NCBI GenBank assembly: GCA_023213395.1
Contig: CM041465.1
Location: forward strand, 220,913,741-220,977,740
DNA: 64,000 bases
Reading direction: 5' to 3'
Origin: Cycas panzhihuaensis
Lineage: Eukaryota; Plantae; Cycadophyta
The notes below the pieces were generated by a model that did not search any database, had not been told where the DNA came from, and saw only the letters and a program-made list of their open reading frames with translations. A program made the translations under genes and the position numbers. Below are positions 37,480-49,460 of this stretch, one piece after another. Each line of letters starts with the position of its first letter. Within the stretch, counting starts at the first letter, position 1.

Positions 37480-39330
37480 ACAACTCCACTATATATACTC
37501 TACAAAACTGTCACCATTATGCAACAAAAGCCAAAGGGAGGAGATGGCACCTACAAAACCCAGTGCAATTTTTGTGAATCTCCACATTCACATGTTCATA
37601 CCATAGGTTCAAGACCCTATTTTGGTGTTAGACATCATCTATCAAGACCCATTTGTGCAGCCTGGGGATTTGAGTTTACACTATGATAAATGATGCCTAA
37701 CACCAAAATTTTATCAATATGAACAAATGTGGGCCAAAGGCCAACCTCTAAGAGTCGTTGCTTCTACTACCCCATCATTCACTTTTGTTCAAGGAGGGCA
37801 TGCTTTAGTACCTCCTTCAATCATTCTATCCACTTCATCTTTTGTGCAGTTAAACTCTAGAATCATCTAAGCAAAAGAGGCATGTAGTTGGTGCTAATCT
37901 GATATAAGAGATGTTTGACAAGGCCAAGGAAGAGATAGACCTTGCTATTGCAAAGTGTTTCTATGGATGCATGATCTATTTTAATGTGGCCCATTCACCA
38001 TATTTTGAAAAAATGGTTTGTCCCATTAACAATGGGTTTGTAGGATATGTTTCTCCTACATACAAAAGGATCTGCATTGCATTGCTAGAGGACATGAAGG
38101 ATCATGTGGAGAATATGATGGCACCTACACACAGCATGTGGGGCATTAATAGCCACAACATCATCATGGAGAATTAGAATGATGCACGCAACTATCCTTT
38201 ACAAAACACCATTGTCTCTTCTCCTATCAATCCTTATGTTTTGATAATCGTGGATTGTGCAACGGTGGAAAAAAATGCAAATTTTCAAGCATAGTTATTA
38301 TATATCACCATCAATGAGTTGGGCAAGCCAACGTGGTGCAATTTATCACTGACTCTACTCCAGTTTACAAAGTTGCAAATAGTGTTGATACGTGATAAAT
38401 AACCCAATATTATTTGGACCCCATATTGTGTGCATGCATTGAATAATATACTGAAGGATATTGGTATGTTAGGTTGGGTGGCAAAATTGATTTTAGAAAG
38501 GAGAGTCATCCCTATGTTTATATGCAACCACTACCAAGCAAAGGCAATCTAGTGCACCCATGCACCGATAGAATTACTCAAACCAACAAACACTCGATTT
38601 GCATCTTACTTTATTCTCCTACAACATTTGGTGGGGGTGAAGGAGGTATTGGCATATACGATTTTTGGCAAACGGTAGAATGCATGGAAACTATCAACTA
38701 TAGAGTAAGGGTTGTATATCATACACTCATTGTTGACACCACATTTTGGACTGATGTCTAATTCTTGTTGCAAATTTTGGAGCCAACTATAAATATGTTT
38801 TGCTTTCCTAATACAAATACTCCTTCCTTGAGAGAGAGATAAGATCAAAGCCATAACTAATATTCAATATGTCAACTTGTACCCTCCTTTGCATAGTAAC
38901 ATTCATCGAAGGAGGAATGCGCTCAACACACTTCATATAGCAAGATATGTTGTTAATCTCAAATAATATAATACCAAAAGGACAAAGAAGAGAGTTACTA
39001 ATGAGGATGCAACAGTTGCAACTAGATTTCTACAGGCAATGAAGACCATGTGTGGCACAATGTTGCAATTAAAAGAGGGCAAGCTGCAGCATTTGTTTGT
39101 GCAGGGGATGTGTTCCAGTCTCTAGAACCCTTACATACTAGTGGATGCTCCACGAGCACAAGATGCCATAATTGTAGCATTTAGCATGCTAGTTACTTTT
39201 TGAGTTGGCCAATTCCTTAACTTGTACAAATCAAAGTACTTATAAATTCATCCATTATGCTAAAAGAGGTCGACTGGATGTGACAAGAACAAAAAAACCT
39301 AGTTTGCATCTTCATCACTCTTTGACTCTT
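37480..39330 (+). pseudogene. Decayed hAT-superfamily (DUF659-type) transposase
   Basis: ORF 37911-38177 (IDLAIAKCFY..I.FNVA.SPYF..M...GY..PTY) and WTPYCVHALNNILKDIG near 38415, which matches the WTPCAAHCLDL..EDIG motif. TIRs not resolved. Confidence 0.85.
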
Positions 39331-39796
39331 ATCTGGTAAAGATAAAGTTACACTAAGAGACCTTTCGCAAGATGGGATGTGTCTCTCGGAGGCATCATGA
39401 AGGAGAACAATCATGATGGCATTACTAATTTACCATCACCAAATCCAAAGGAGAAAGGCCTTGCATCTCTAAATGACAATGAGGATTGAGAACATATGAC
39501 TTGTATTTGTAGTTTATCAATGTACTTTCAATTTGACACTATCAATTTATAACTTTGACATTTTTTATTTTTGCACATTAACATCATAATGTGAAAATGA
39601 TAATTCAATTAATTCTCATTATAATTATTTAATGTGTCATTATATGTGTTTATTTAACGATTAATCTTAGCTTCTTAAGGTTTATTATTGTATTTTTGTT
39701 TTTTTAATCAAATCGTTTGATGTGTGATTGTGCATGTGTTATTCTCAATGTCTACGATTTCTTTTCAATTAAAAAAACTGCTAAACCCAAACTCAC

Positions 39797-39963
39797 AACC
39801 TTATTTCTAGAGGGAGAAATTGAGTTCTTCGAACCCATGAACCTTGTTTCCAAAAGGAGGAACTACGTTCTTCGAACTAGTAAACTCTATTTCCAAAAGG
39901 AGAAACTACATTCTTCAAACCAGTAAACCTTGTTTCCAAAGCAAGGAACTGAATTCTTCGAAC
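39797..39963. repeat. About 43-bp tandem repeat, 3-4 units
   Basis: aaccttgtttccaaaaggaggaactacgttcttcgaac recurs at 43-bp spacing. Confidence 0.85.
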
Positions 39964-41316
39964 TTGCAAATCCAACAATCTTGCCATTTTATAAAACTCC
40001 TACATTCTTGTATTGTAAGTTATTGATCCATATCTAGTGGAGTCACTCTAATTGTAAGTGGTACAAGTCTTCTTAATAATTACTTTGGTATTGTAAATTC
40101 TAAGAAATTTCCCATACCTCTCTTTTATGCATAAGACAATTTTACAATACAATGCCTTGTTGAAAGTTCTTCATTTTTATTTTCATCGGTAATTCTTTTC
40201 CCTTTTTGGCATTGCAACACATACAACAATTGGAAAAACTCTAATTTTTGCTCACCACTTAGGAGTCATCATTCTTAAGTTGACATTAATTAAGACAAGC
40301 TTGTGAGAAAAGCAAAGTTCACTCATCACAAACTTTCTCCAAACTCCATAGGGTTACAAGCTTTTCCTAGGGTCTCTCTATGTGATGTTGCGTAAAGCTT
40401 CTGCTAAGCTTCAATGAGTTAGACAACACAAAGCTTTCTCCACTTTCAATGGATTTTTAAGATTTGACAATTTGGGGGGTTTGAACCAGTTCCATTCTTC
40501 ACATTTAGTGATCCTATATGCTACAAAGTCTTTGTAGATGTTTGGCAAATCAATTTCCATTCTCCATATCTATTGATCTTGCATGTTGTGAATTCCTTAT
40601 AAACATTTAGCAAATCAATTATGTTGGGGTCTACATTTGTACTTTCATGTGCATTCATATTGCACCCTATTTTGTGTCTTTAGTATGTAATATTTATCAT
40701 TTGATCTGATTTAGTATGCTAAGTGCTAAGCATCAATAAATATTATGAGGCACTCTTTTTATAATAATATTTGATATATTTTGCAATCAGACATTTGTCA
40801 CTATACAATATACTAGTGGTTCAAATTTTTCAATTTTGTATGATTTTCAATACAACTTTCCAAAAATTTATAGAAAAAATGTATTGCATAGTGCACCACA
40901 CTATCTACATAATAACATATTTGTTTGGACAAAGGAAAAAAACACTTGAACAAAAAAATAGGAAAAAACTAAAAAAAAAGCTAATTAGAAAAATACAAAA
41001 AAGAAAAAAGATCCAATACACATTTTTAAAACATTTGAAATGTACATGTTCTTGAATTGTAGATGAGTTGGAAATTGACAACATGATTTTTATTTGTTTA
41101 CTTGTTGAAGTGAGTTTAATCTAACACAGTGTGATTCAGAATACCATAGACAAAGTCAAGTCTCCACAAACTATTATTGCATAGGTTTTATAACCCTCCA
41201 AAGTTTCCACCCAGTGGAAATGCTTAAAACAACAAATGTGGGAATACATACCACTGCAGAAAAGGCAATGGAACAGCGTCAAACCCCACCACAGGAAAGA
41301 ATTGGTGAGTAAATTT

Positions 41317-41548
41317 AAAACACTTCCAAAGGTTAATTGCTATTGGCAATTTCAGATAATTTAGCTTAAGAGCTATGTACCATAAATTCAGGTAAGAACA
41401 GGGTGGGTTTGTTGTACCCATATGTGAGCTGATACTAAATTGAAAGAACTTCCAAAGACTAATTTAGTAAAAACAAATTTCACACTCTTTAGCTTAAGAG
41501 CTATGCAGCATAGGTTTGGGTAAGGCAGGGGTGGGTTTGTTATATCCA
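41317..41548. repeat. Old tandem duplication, period about 125 bp
   Basis: acttccaaag...tttagcttaagagctatg...ggtaag..gggtgggtttgtt occurs twice. Confidence 0.8.
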
Positions 41549-42920
41549 AACACAACCCGATGAACATCAGACAAGATTGTTTGAACCTGAGATCACAGAG
41601 GTTCAAACTCCAAATGAACCCGGTTGCTCCTCAAGAAAACATGAGAAGGCCCGACCTAAAACTGATCACAAAAGAGCAAACTGTATTATATTAGAAAATG
41701 TAAAAGCCAAAATCCAACTTATTAACCATAAACAAGACAAACTATAAGTCAAACACCAACTTGACACCACAGACACAGAAGCTCTGTAGTCTGGAAATTG
41801 AAGACAATTTTTTGAAGGAAGCATTGTTGAAAATAGAACTTAAGAGGCAAAAAATTTGAAAGCAAAAACATTGATAAGATGTCCTTTAAGCAAAGACAAC
41901 ACCAAACCTTTGGTGACAGCAAATCTAAAGACAAGCATACATCTGGAGGTTCAAAAGGCTCAAGAAAGCAAGCATTTGTCTCTTCATCACTCTTCCTTCT
42001 TATTATTATTTTTCATTTCTTGTGTTTGTGGTTCCAGTACAGAGGAAGAGATTTGATCAGCAGCACCAATTTAAGATTTCTGTCTCTTCTTGTACTTGTA
42101 GCATCCATTGTATGCTTGCCACTTCAAGCGCTAACATTCTGCCCTGTAATTTGTAGATTCAAATTTGTATGCCATATTAACATACTTGGCTGTTAACAGT
42201 ATGAGATTTTAATTTTTCATTGTCCAATGGCTGAATGAATGTCAAAGCAAAATGAATGATGCAATTAATAATTCAATGAACTATGAAATGAATAGGATAT
42301 GATCAGATGAAATGGCAAGCATGTAAAGATTTTTAACCTACATAAATTTTCTTTTTTCCTATATCATATGTCTCCAACCCCTAACCGTGGAAAACGCTGC
42401 ACCGAAACCCTGATGCAAGCCATATCTTTCGAAATCGACGGGGGCTCCTACATAGCCCCACCCAGTGGACCGCTGAACCAGTGTATCACAGTTAAAACCA
42501 TATCAGGCCGACCACTGAAAAACAACTGCCCAAGTAAGCAGCCATTGCATCTTTCAACAAAGGCCGAAAGGCACAGGAAAAAGAAAAACTTCAGAGCAAT
42601 CACATTTACTGAGAGGCTCCGTCAAAATGGCAACCAAAAACCAACACTCAGCTACTCTGAAAACTCCCACTCCATCATCCTGGCGTTAAATTCCACGTAT
42701 GCCATAGAGCACTCACATTTCCTCATCTTATCCAGATCAATCAATGTTTTGAAACTGCCCAATTACCGGCTAGATCTTACCGCCGGCTCACCCTTCCGCA
42801 TTTTAATATCTATCCATACTCGAAAGGGCAGAGGTCCAAGCGGATCATAAACAGAAAAGACATTCTCCAGAAATGCCTAATAGTTCGGCATCCTATATGC
42901 AAAGCCATACACTAAAACAA

Positions 42921-43101
42921 CCCCGGATGCACGGGTTCTTCCACACATCATCTGCCCTGCCCGCAACCGCTGCACCAATGCTCCAGTAGCTTCGTGCTTT
43001 CTACAAGAATTCAACCGCACGGATACACCGGAAGCTAGAAATTATCCCATAGCACCCGCACCCAATGCATCCGCACCCCCGGTTGCACCCGTGCAACGTA
43101 T
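42921..43101. mobile_element. Probable hAT-type MITE relic in PP1 intron 1
   Basis: Perfect 9-bp inverted repeat TGCACGGGT (42928) / ACCCGTGCA (43087), subterminal GCACCC/GCATCC motifs, and flanks taaaacaa/aaaaacag (6 of 8 match). Confidence 0.5.
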
Positions 43102-43476
43102 AAAAACAGAGCGAGCGGCTATGGCAAGAAATAGGGGGCAATAGACAGAACAAGAATCCATTGGCAACAGAGATTTGCTATGTCGACCATAAAGTCCTCA
43201 TCCTCGCTTCTTCCAAATGAACGGGCTACTAAGTAGCTATTTCTACTCGTCACATTTCTCGAAGAACGGCTTCCTACATACGGCCTCTTAAGGTAGAGCT
43301 TTTTCCAGAAATTACAGCCTATTAAAGTTAAAGCTATTTCCGGCAATTAGATTTTCCAAAGAATATGTTCCTACGGAATACCGAGTTAAAGTCATTTCCA
43401 GCAAAATTTATAACATGGTAGAACAAACCCTGGAGAAATGAAAGGTAGCACAGGGGTTGGCGTTAAAGAAACCAAC

Positions 43477-43654
43477 CGCAGATCTTGACGGGCGCCTCGA
43501 GCTCAAGCAAATTTGGTTGACTGATAAAAATATCCTTGGAGACCTGGCAGAGTTGCCGGATCTCGCCCTCCGAAAGCTGCACTTGCTTTACCGATCTGCT
43601 CTCCCTCACGTCCAACAGCCGCCGGATTATATCATCCAGCGCGTTTTGATCCAT
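43477..43654 (-). CDS. TOPP: Serine/threonine protein phosphatase type 1 catalytic subunit, coding exon 1
   Basis: [53 protein letters not shown] is the plant PP1 N-terminus. The exon is 178 bp and ends in phase 1 within the G of the GDxHG motif, the conserved PP1 intron position. Confidence 0.95.
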
Positions 43655-44469
43655 CGAACCCTCTCTGCTGCCGTTCTCCTCCTCTTCTTCTCCTCCTCCT
43701 CACCAACAGAGATGCTACTGGCACCACACCAAGCTGTCTGTTTTGCCAGAAAAACGACGGCCGAGCCTGCAGCACGGCACGCGGACGACCGGGTCAACCG
43801 CTGGGCACTGGCTCGAACCACGCGGAGACGAAGGAAGGCAGAGGAAGAAGTTCGATCTCTTGTATTTTTTCTCAACCAACTTCCTCTCCTCCTCCTCCTC
43901 CTCCTCCCACCTCGCTTTGCACGTTTTCCCTGTTTGCCTCGTCCCGCTTCCGGAACGGAACCTGAATGGGGCGACGCCACGTCTGCGCCAACCTGTTATA
44001 TGTTGTGTTCCGTTCCGTCCGGTTCCCTTGACCCCCTTTATTATAAGTATAATTAAAAATAAATCGTTAGTTTTTTATATATTTTTTTGATTATCTTATA
44101 TTCCCTTTGGCAGGTGTTCGTCTCATGGTGGGCGTCAGGGTGAGCCCCATGGAGAGAGCCGCTACCTTCCCGTTGGGAATAATTACTCATCTTTAGGGGC
44201 CTCCACAAAATATGCCCCATGGAGAAAGATTCCCATCGATTTGTGCTAGACGTAAGGTTGTATGATTTAGAGCCTTATCCAAAATATGAATTGTCCTAAT
44301 GTAGATGTCACTCTATTTTTATTAAAAATTTAAAAATATTCACTTTCTTTTAACATAGAAAATGTGATTTGTGAAGCTATATGCTAGGGAAGAAGAAAGA
44401 AAGTAGAAATGTTTTTTTTTTTCATAAACATTTTTCTCTAAAGCTTCTTAGAAAAGATTCGATTATGGT

Positions 44470-46724
44470 CCATTATGTGCTTCATGTGATTCAAGCGTGG
44501 AAAGAGCAATCTTTAAAGTTTATTTCAGATAGGGATTAGGTTCAAAATTCAATGGATGCCTATCAGAATCTAATATACACATTAAATATTAGTAGACAAA
44601 ACTTAAAAATAAATAAATAATGCTTGCCAACTAAAAAGGATACTCTCTTGATCTTCCCTTCAAATTTTATGTGTGGGTAGTTTCAGAAAGTGGGAGATTG
44701 TATATATAAGTGACTTTTGACTTTTTTAACAACCAATCTCAAATCTTAAACCATTAGCATGAAGTTTTTAAAAAAGAAAAGATGACCATCAAATTTCAAG
44801 CCTTGTTAAGGCTTGCACTTGCATGAGATTTGACAAGTGTAAGAAGATGTAATGACATACCATCTAATTTTTTATGCATTCAAAAGGTGTGGTATCTTTT
44901 CTTTTTGTAAGAAATATAGTAGCATTAATAGAAGTCCTTCCTGAATGCCATAACTACTAACCAAATTTGACCCATGATTCTTATAACCAATGTATTCAAA
45001 CTACCTTTTAAGAACCTTCAAATGGATTATTAATAACAAAATTATCTATGAAAGGGGGGTTTAAGCATCAAATATTAGTACAAATTTTTTCCTCATAAAA
45101 TGTAAAATGCACCCCCACAAAGTTTCTTATGATCCTTATCACCTTTACTAAATCTATGTTAGACCTTAATGCTACTACTTAGTCACCATCGAATAGAGGT
45201 GTTAAGCATGCTAAAGTTTCGAAATAACCACAACGTCCACCACTTCCTATTGAAAAATAAATTCCAGTTACTCACGCAATTGTGAAAGGGTTTTGTGACC
45301 AAATACCACTAGACAAAATTCCTCAATATAAGAGAGCCATTTCAAGTAGTACAGATCCCAAATTATTACAATCTATTATGGAAAAAAGGTGATTTAACTA
45401 ATGAAATAAGGATGAAACCAACTTTACTTTAAATTTATGGTATAAAACATAAGAATTAAAGATTTGTTACATATTCTAATGTTTTGTTAATTTAGATGTT
45501 AAGCAATGATATGAGATAAACCATTGACAAAATATAGGTCAACGAGTAGGGTTGATCATCAAAATTCAATGGGTAACTCATCACATATTTAGTTGTGCTC
45601 CATTATGCACCTTGCGTGATTCAAACCTTTGTAAGTATGGGAAGATCAATCTTTGAAGTTGATTTTGAATAGGGATTAGGTTTGAAATTTAGTGGACCAA
45701 TTGTCCATCAAAATCTATTATACGCATCTTAGTAGAAAGAAAATAAAAACATTAAAATAATGCTTACCAACTACGAAGGATACTCTAAATCTTCCCATTA
45801 AATTTTATATATAGGTAGTTTTACATGGTAGGAAATCATATATACAAGTGACTTTTAACCTTTTTGACAACCAACCTCAAATCTCAACCATCAATATGAA
45901 TTTTGAAGAGAAGAAAGGGTGACCATCAAATTTTAAGCCTTGTTGGGACTTACACTTGAATGAGATTTGACAAGAGGATATTGTTGTGTTTTTGTAATCT
46001 AAGAAAATGCTGATTTTAAACAAAAACAAAAATAATTAAGGCAAGATTGCATTCATGCAACCTAAGAAAAATACCAACTTCAGATATAATTAAAATTAAT
46101 TCAAATAATCAAAGTAAGCCACTTTATAAAGGCTTGCTTATTAGACCTTAGAATCATGAGTTTATTTTGATTTGGAAATTATTCCTTCTAGCGTCTTTAG
46201 GGTAGAGAATGATTTTGTTATAATTCAAGAATTTTATTTCTATTTTAATTTTGGATTCATCATAGATGTAATGGCTTGCCATCTAATTTTTAATACATTT
46301 AAGAGATGAGGTAACTTTTCCTTTTGTACAAAATATGGTAGTATTAATAGAAATCCTCACTAAATGCCATAATTACCTACCAAATTTAACTGATGATTCT
46401 TATAACCAATATATCCAAACCATCTTCTAAGAAGCTTTTAATAGATTATTTATGATAAAATTAAGTATGAAAGGGGGTTTAAAGCATCAAATACTTATAG
46501 AAAAAAAAATCCTATAAAATGCAAAATGCACCCCCATGAAAATTCTTATGTCTCTTTAGCTTCACTTAAAATTTATGGTGTAAGATATGAGAAATGGAGG
46601 TTTGTTATAATTTTAATATTTAACTAGTTTAGATGCTAACTAATGATATGAGATAAACCATTAACAAAATATAGGTCGAGGAGCAAGGTTGATTATCAGA
46701 ATTCAATGCTTAACTCATCACATA
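44470..46724. repeat. About 1.13-kb old tandem duplication upstream of PP1
   Basis: 44470-45586 and 45600-46724 share colinear blocks (atagggattagg, aataatgctt.ccaacta, gaccatcaaattt.aagccttgtt, atgatatgagataaaccatt, taactcatcacata). Each copy has one private ~280-bp block. Confidence 0.9.
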
Positions 46725-48299
46725 AGAGGTAGCATTCTTATACTCTTATCCTTAGTCTAACCCTCAATGAGATATAATATCTCACAAATGTTATTCGTAA
46801 TATAGCTATTATCACTAATAATATGGTCTTGTCATTGTCTTTAAGCATCCACTTATTTCTCGTGAACACTTATTAATAAAACTTGAATCTAACTTGAACT
46901 AGCCTACTACATACATAGAGATCTAAGTTTTAAATGGAGGGTCCTCTCAATAAAGAAGTGGCCAAGTTTTTAAAAATAAATTAAGGACTTCCATATTCAC
47001 TTGGATATTTTATTGTGTGGCTTATTTTAAAAGTCAAGATATGTGTAAACATCTACATTGTCCTTTTAATAACCCTCCTTTTTCTTAATTAACACCTTAA
47101 TTAAGCAACATATTGAGTTGGATGATATTATACTATCTTTATTAACATTATATTATACATATTACCTTAGATAATGCACTTGTTTAAGCATGCTTCATCC
47201 AAATAGTATGTTTGTTTTTCCATCACATAGTAAATCTATATATGTAATTTTCTCCCCCAAAGACTATGCAGTTAAAATTACTAAAATTTACCTTTTATTA
47301 TGATTGCTTTGAAAGTGACAATCTAAAATAAATTTATTTAAATAACTCCCTCCTACAATTACTTTATTAATCCTAAATTCATGGGTGGTAAGTTTGCACA
47401 CCATTATAACGGGCATTAGAGAAGGCACACACAACATAATGGTGACCTTTTAAGATACATGAGTTGTACACAACTTAACTACCATTCAATCTGTGAAGGA
47501 GAAATAAATAGATTATAGCCTAGGCCATGGGCATTACTTTCTTATTATAGCAAAAAATCTCTTTATTTTTATTTTGAGATATTTTCCTACCTTTATTATA
47601 TTAGAGGCAATAAGGTTATTTCCCTTGAATTGATTTATTTTCCATGGAGTTTAAGGGCCTTTTTCATCTTTACCTCATAAGTTACTTCCATAGTCAACTT
47701 TCTTCCTTTAGTAGGCTTTGATATATGCTTGCTTAATAATACCAAAACCCATCCAAGAACATATATATTTAGAGAACCAAGTCATGTATCACCTAGATTA
47801 ATATAGTATTCCATCATATATTAATTGAGTTATACATTAGAGATAATATTGACATGTCCCTTTAAAAAGGCATTAATTAAGTATGGAGTTTTTAAAAGGT
47901 GTGCCCCCATAAGGATTTGTCATCATGGATTAATCTTAATACAAAAGAAAAGTTGCATAAGCACTAAAACCAAGAGTATAAATAAGTACATGGTAATCGA
48001 CAAAAATAAAGGAAAAAATCACTTTACACAAAAATAAGAAAGTAGTAAATTACTACAAATAACTAGATATAAAACACCTTAAAGTTGTAAAACATTATAA
48101 TAGTATTATTTATTATGTGAGGTTTATGATATATCCTTTAATTCAGTCACAATAATCAATCTTTTATTCAATATGCAAGAGTATAATATTTCTCAATAGA
48201 ATTATAGATTGTATGTTTGTTAATTATGAATTCTCATCCACAAAATCTACTATGCATATGAATACCCATAGATTATAAAATACTAATGCTTATTAAGCA

Positions 48300-49460
48300 T
48301 TCTATAATGGCACTCATAAAACCAAGAATGGTTCTAATGGCTAATTGGGGATTATAAAATGAGGCAACAAATAACAAGAATCACAAAGTTTAACATTTAG
48401 GACATTATTACAACAATAAATTTTTGTACTATGCATCTTAGAGAGTTTAAGGCCATGGTGAGTTAGTAAAGGATTTAATCCCATTAAGCCATAATGGATA
48501 ACTATGAGAAGTAGGTTGTCATGTTAAATGATAATGATAAGAAAGTTATACTACAAGGTCTCACAAAACTATATAAGTTATGGGAGGCCTCAAATACACA
48601 ATTAAAGTCGAGCTTAAGAAAGAGTTGACCCACACAAGTTGTTTTAATGCAAAATAATGGCAAGCTCACAAATAAGGTCACCTTAGATGATTATCCCTAC
48701 TTAACAATATTTATAGATATACCTTTAAAGTAACTTCTAAGGTTTTCATCCATAAAGGAGATTAATAATGCTATTAACACATTTCTAAGAGTTAAGCCTT
48801 GCTTTAAAACCCTTTCTAAGTCTAAAGTGCATGACATGACTAAACTTTTTTAATAGGCTAAGTAAATACTAAGTTAAGGGATGATGTTACCAAATACATC
48901 ATTATGGAATGTCCTAATCATTAGTGTCAAGAATAAAAATGGAACCCTTTTATATGGACTATAGGCAACTTAATAAATGAGTGACTCATAACAAATATCC
49001 TTTTTTGAGGATTGATAACTATTAAGGAGTAAATATTTCTTTTAATATTGATTTGTAAGTTGGTTTAAATTTACCTAATGGGAAAAGATGTTATTGAAAT
49101 AATTTTGACAACGAGGCAAGAACATTATTAATTCTCAAACGTACTATATAAAGTAAATAATGTTCCTACTTCAATTATGTGTTTGGTGAACAACACATTT
49201 CAACCTTTTTTGGATAAGTTTTTCCTTGTGTTTCTTTGATGAAACCCTAATTCATTCTTGGAATAGAAATAAAGCACATAAAATGCTAATGTATTGTACT
49301 AAGAACCCTTATCAAATATATGTTAAACTTGTCATGTGTGAATTTAAGAGTGAAGAGGTGAAGTATTTAGAGTACATAATCACAAAGATAGATGTTGTAA
49401 TATACCTCGAGAAGTTATGAGCTATATTTCAATGGGCATGTCCTACAAATGTTAGGGAAG
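48300..49460 (+). pseudogene. Highly eroded Ty3/Gypsy protease-RT relic
   Basis: DYRQLNK (~48957), PFLDKF.LVF/FDETLIHS (DD motif), CEF..EVKYLEYII and AIFQWACPTNVRE (49226-49460). Confidence 0.8.

Larger units (their letters stand above)
1..43476 (-). other. Inferred intron 1 of the PP1 gene (more than 43 kb; 3' end outside the window)
   Basis: Donor G|GTTGGT at 43476. No DIHGQY..LLRLFEYGG exon appears in the ORF track or on reading. Confidence 0.65.
42380..44180 (-). promoter_or_regulatory. CpG-rich promoter, 5'UTR and proximal intron of PP1, with GA-rich leader repeats, ABRE-like ACGTGGC (43976-43982) and TATA-like TATAATAAA (~44037-44045)
   Basis: Sharp GC and CpG rise relative to the flanks. 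Motifs read directly; their function is inferred. Confidence 0.6.

Noticed and set aside
39797-39963. Heat-shock element array in the 43-bp repeat
   Set aside because: GAA/TTC spacing does not fit the canonical nGAAnnTTCn pattern.
40000-40650. Possible LINE relic on the minus strand
   Set aside because: Only vague resemblance and no diagnostic motif. Needs an HMM search.
43463-43654. PP1 as a complete 63-aa microprotein
   Set aside because: The terminal WFL-stop is read-through past a canonical donor at the conserved intron position.
43457-44090. 199-aa, 117-aa and 115-aa ORFs overlapping PP1 exon 1 and its leader
   Set aside because: These are low-complexity by-products of GC- and CT-rich sequence with no recognisable domain.
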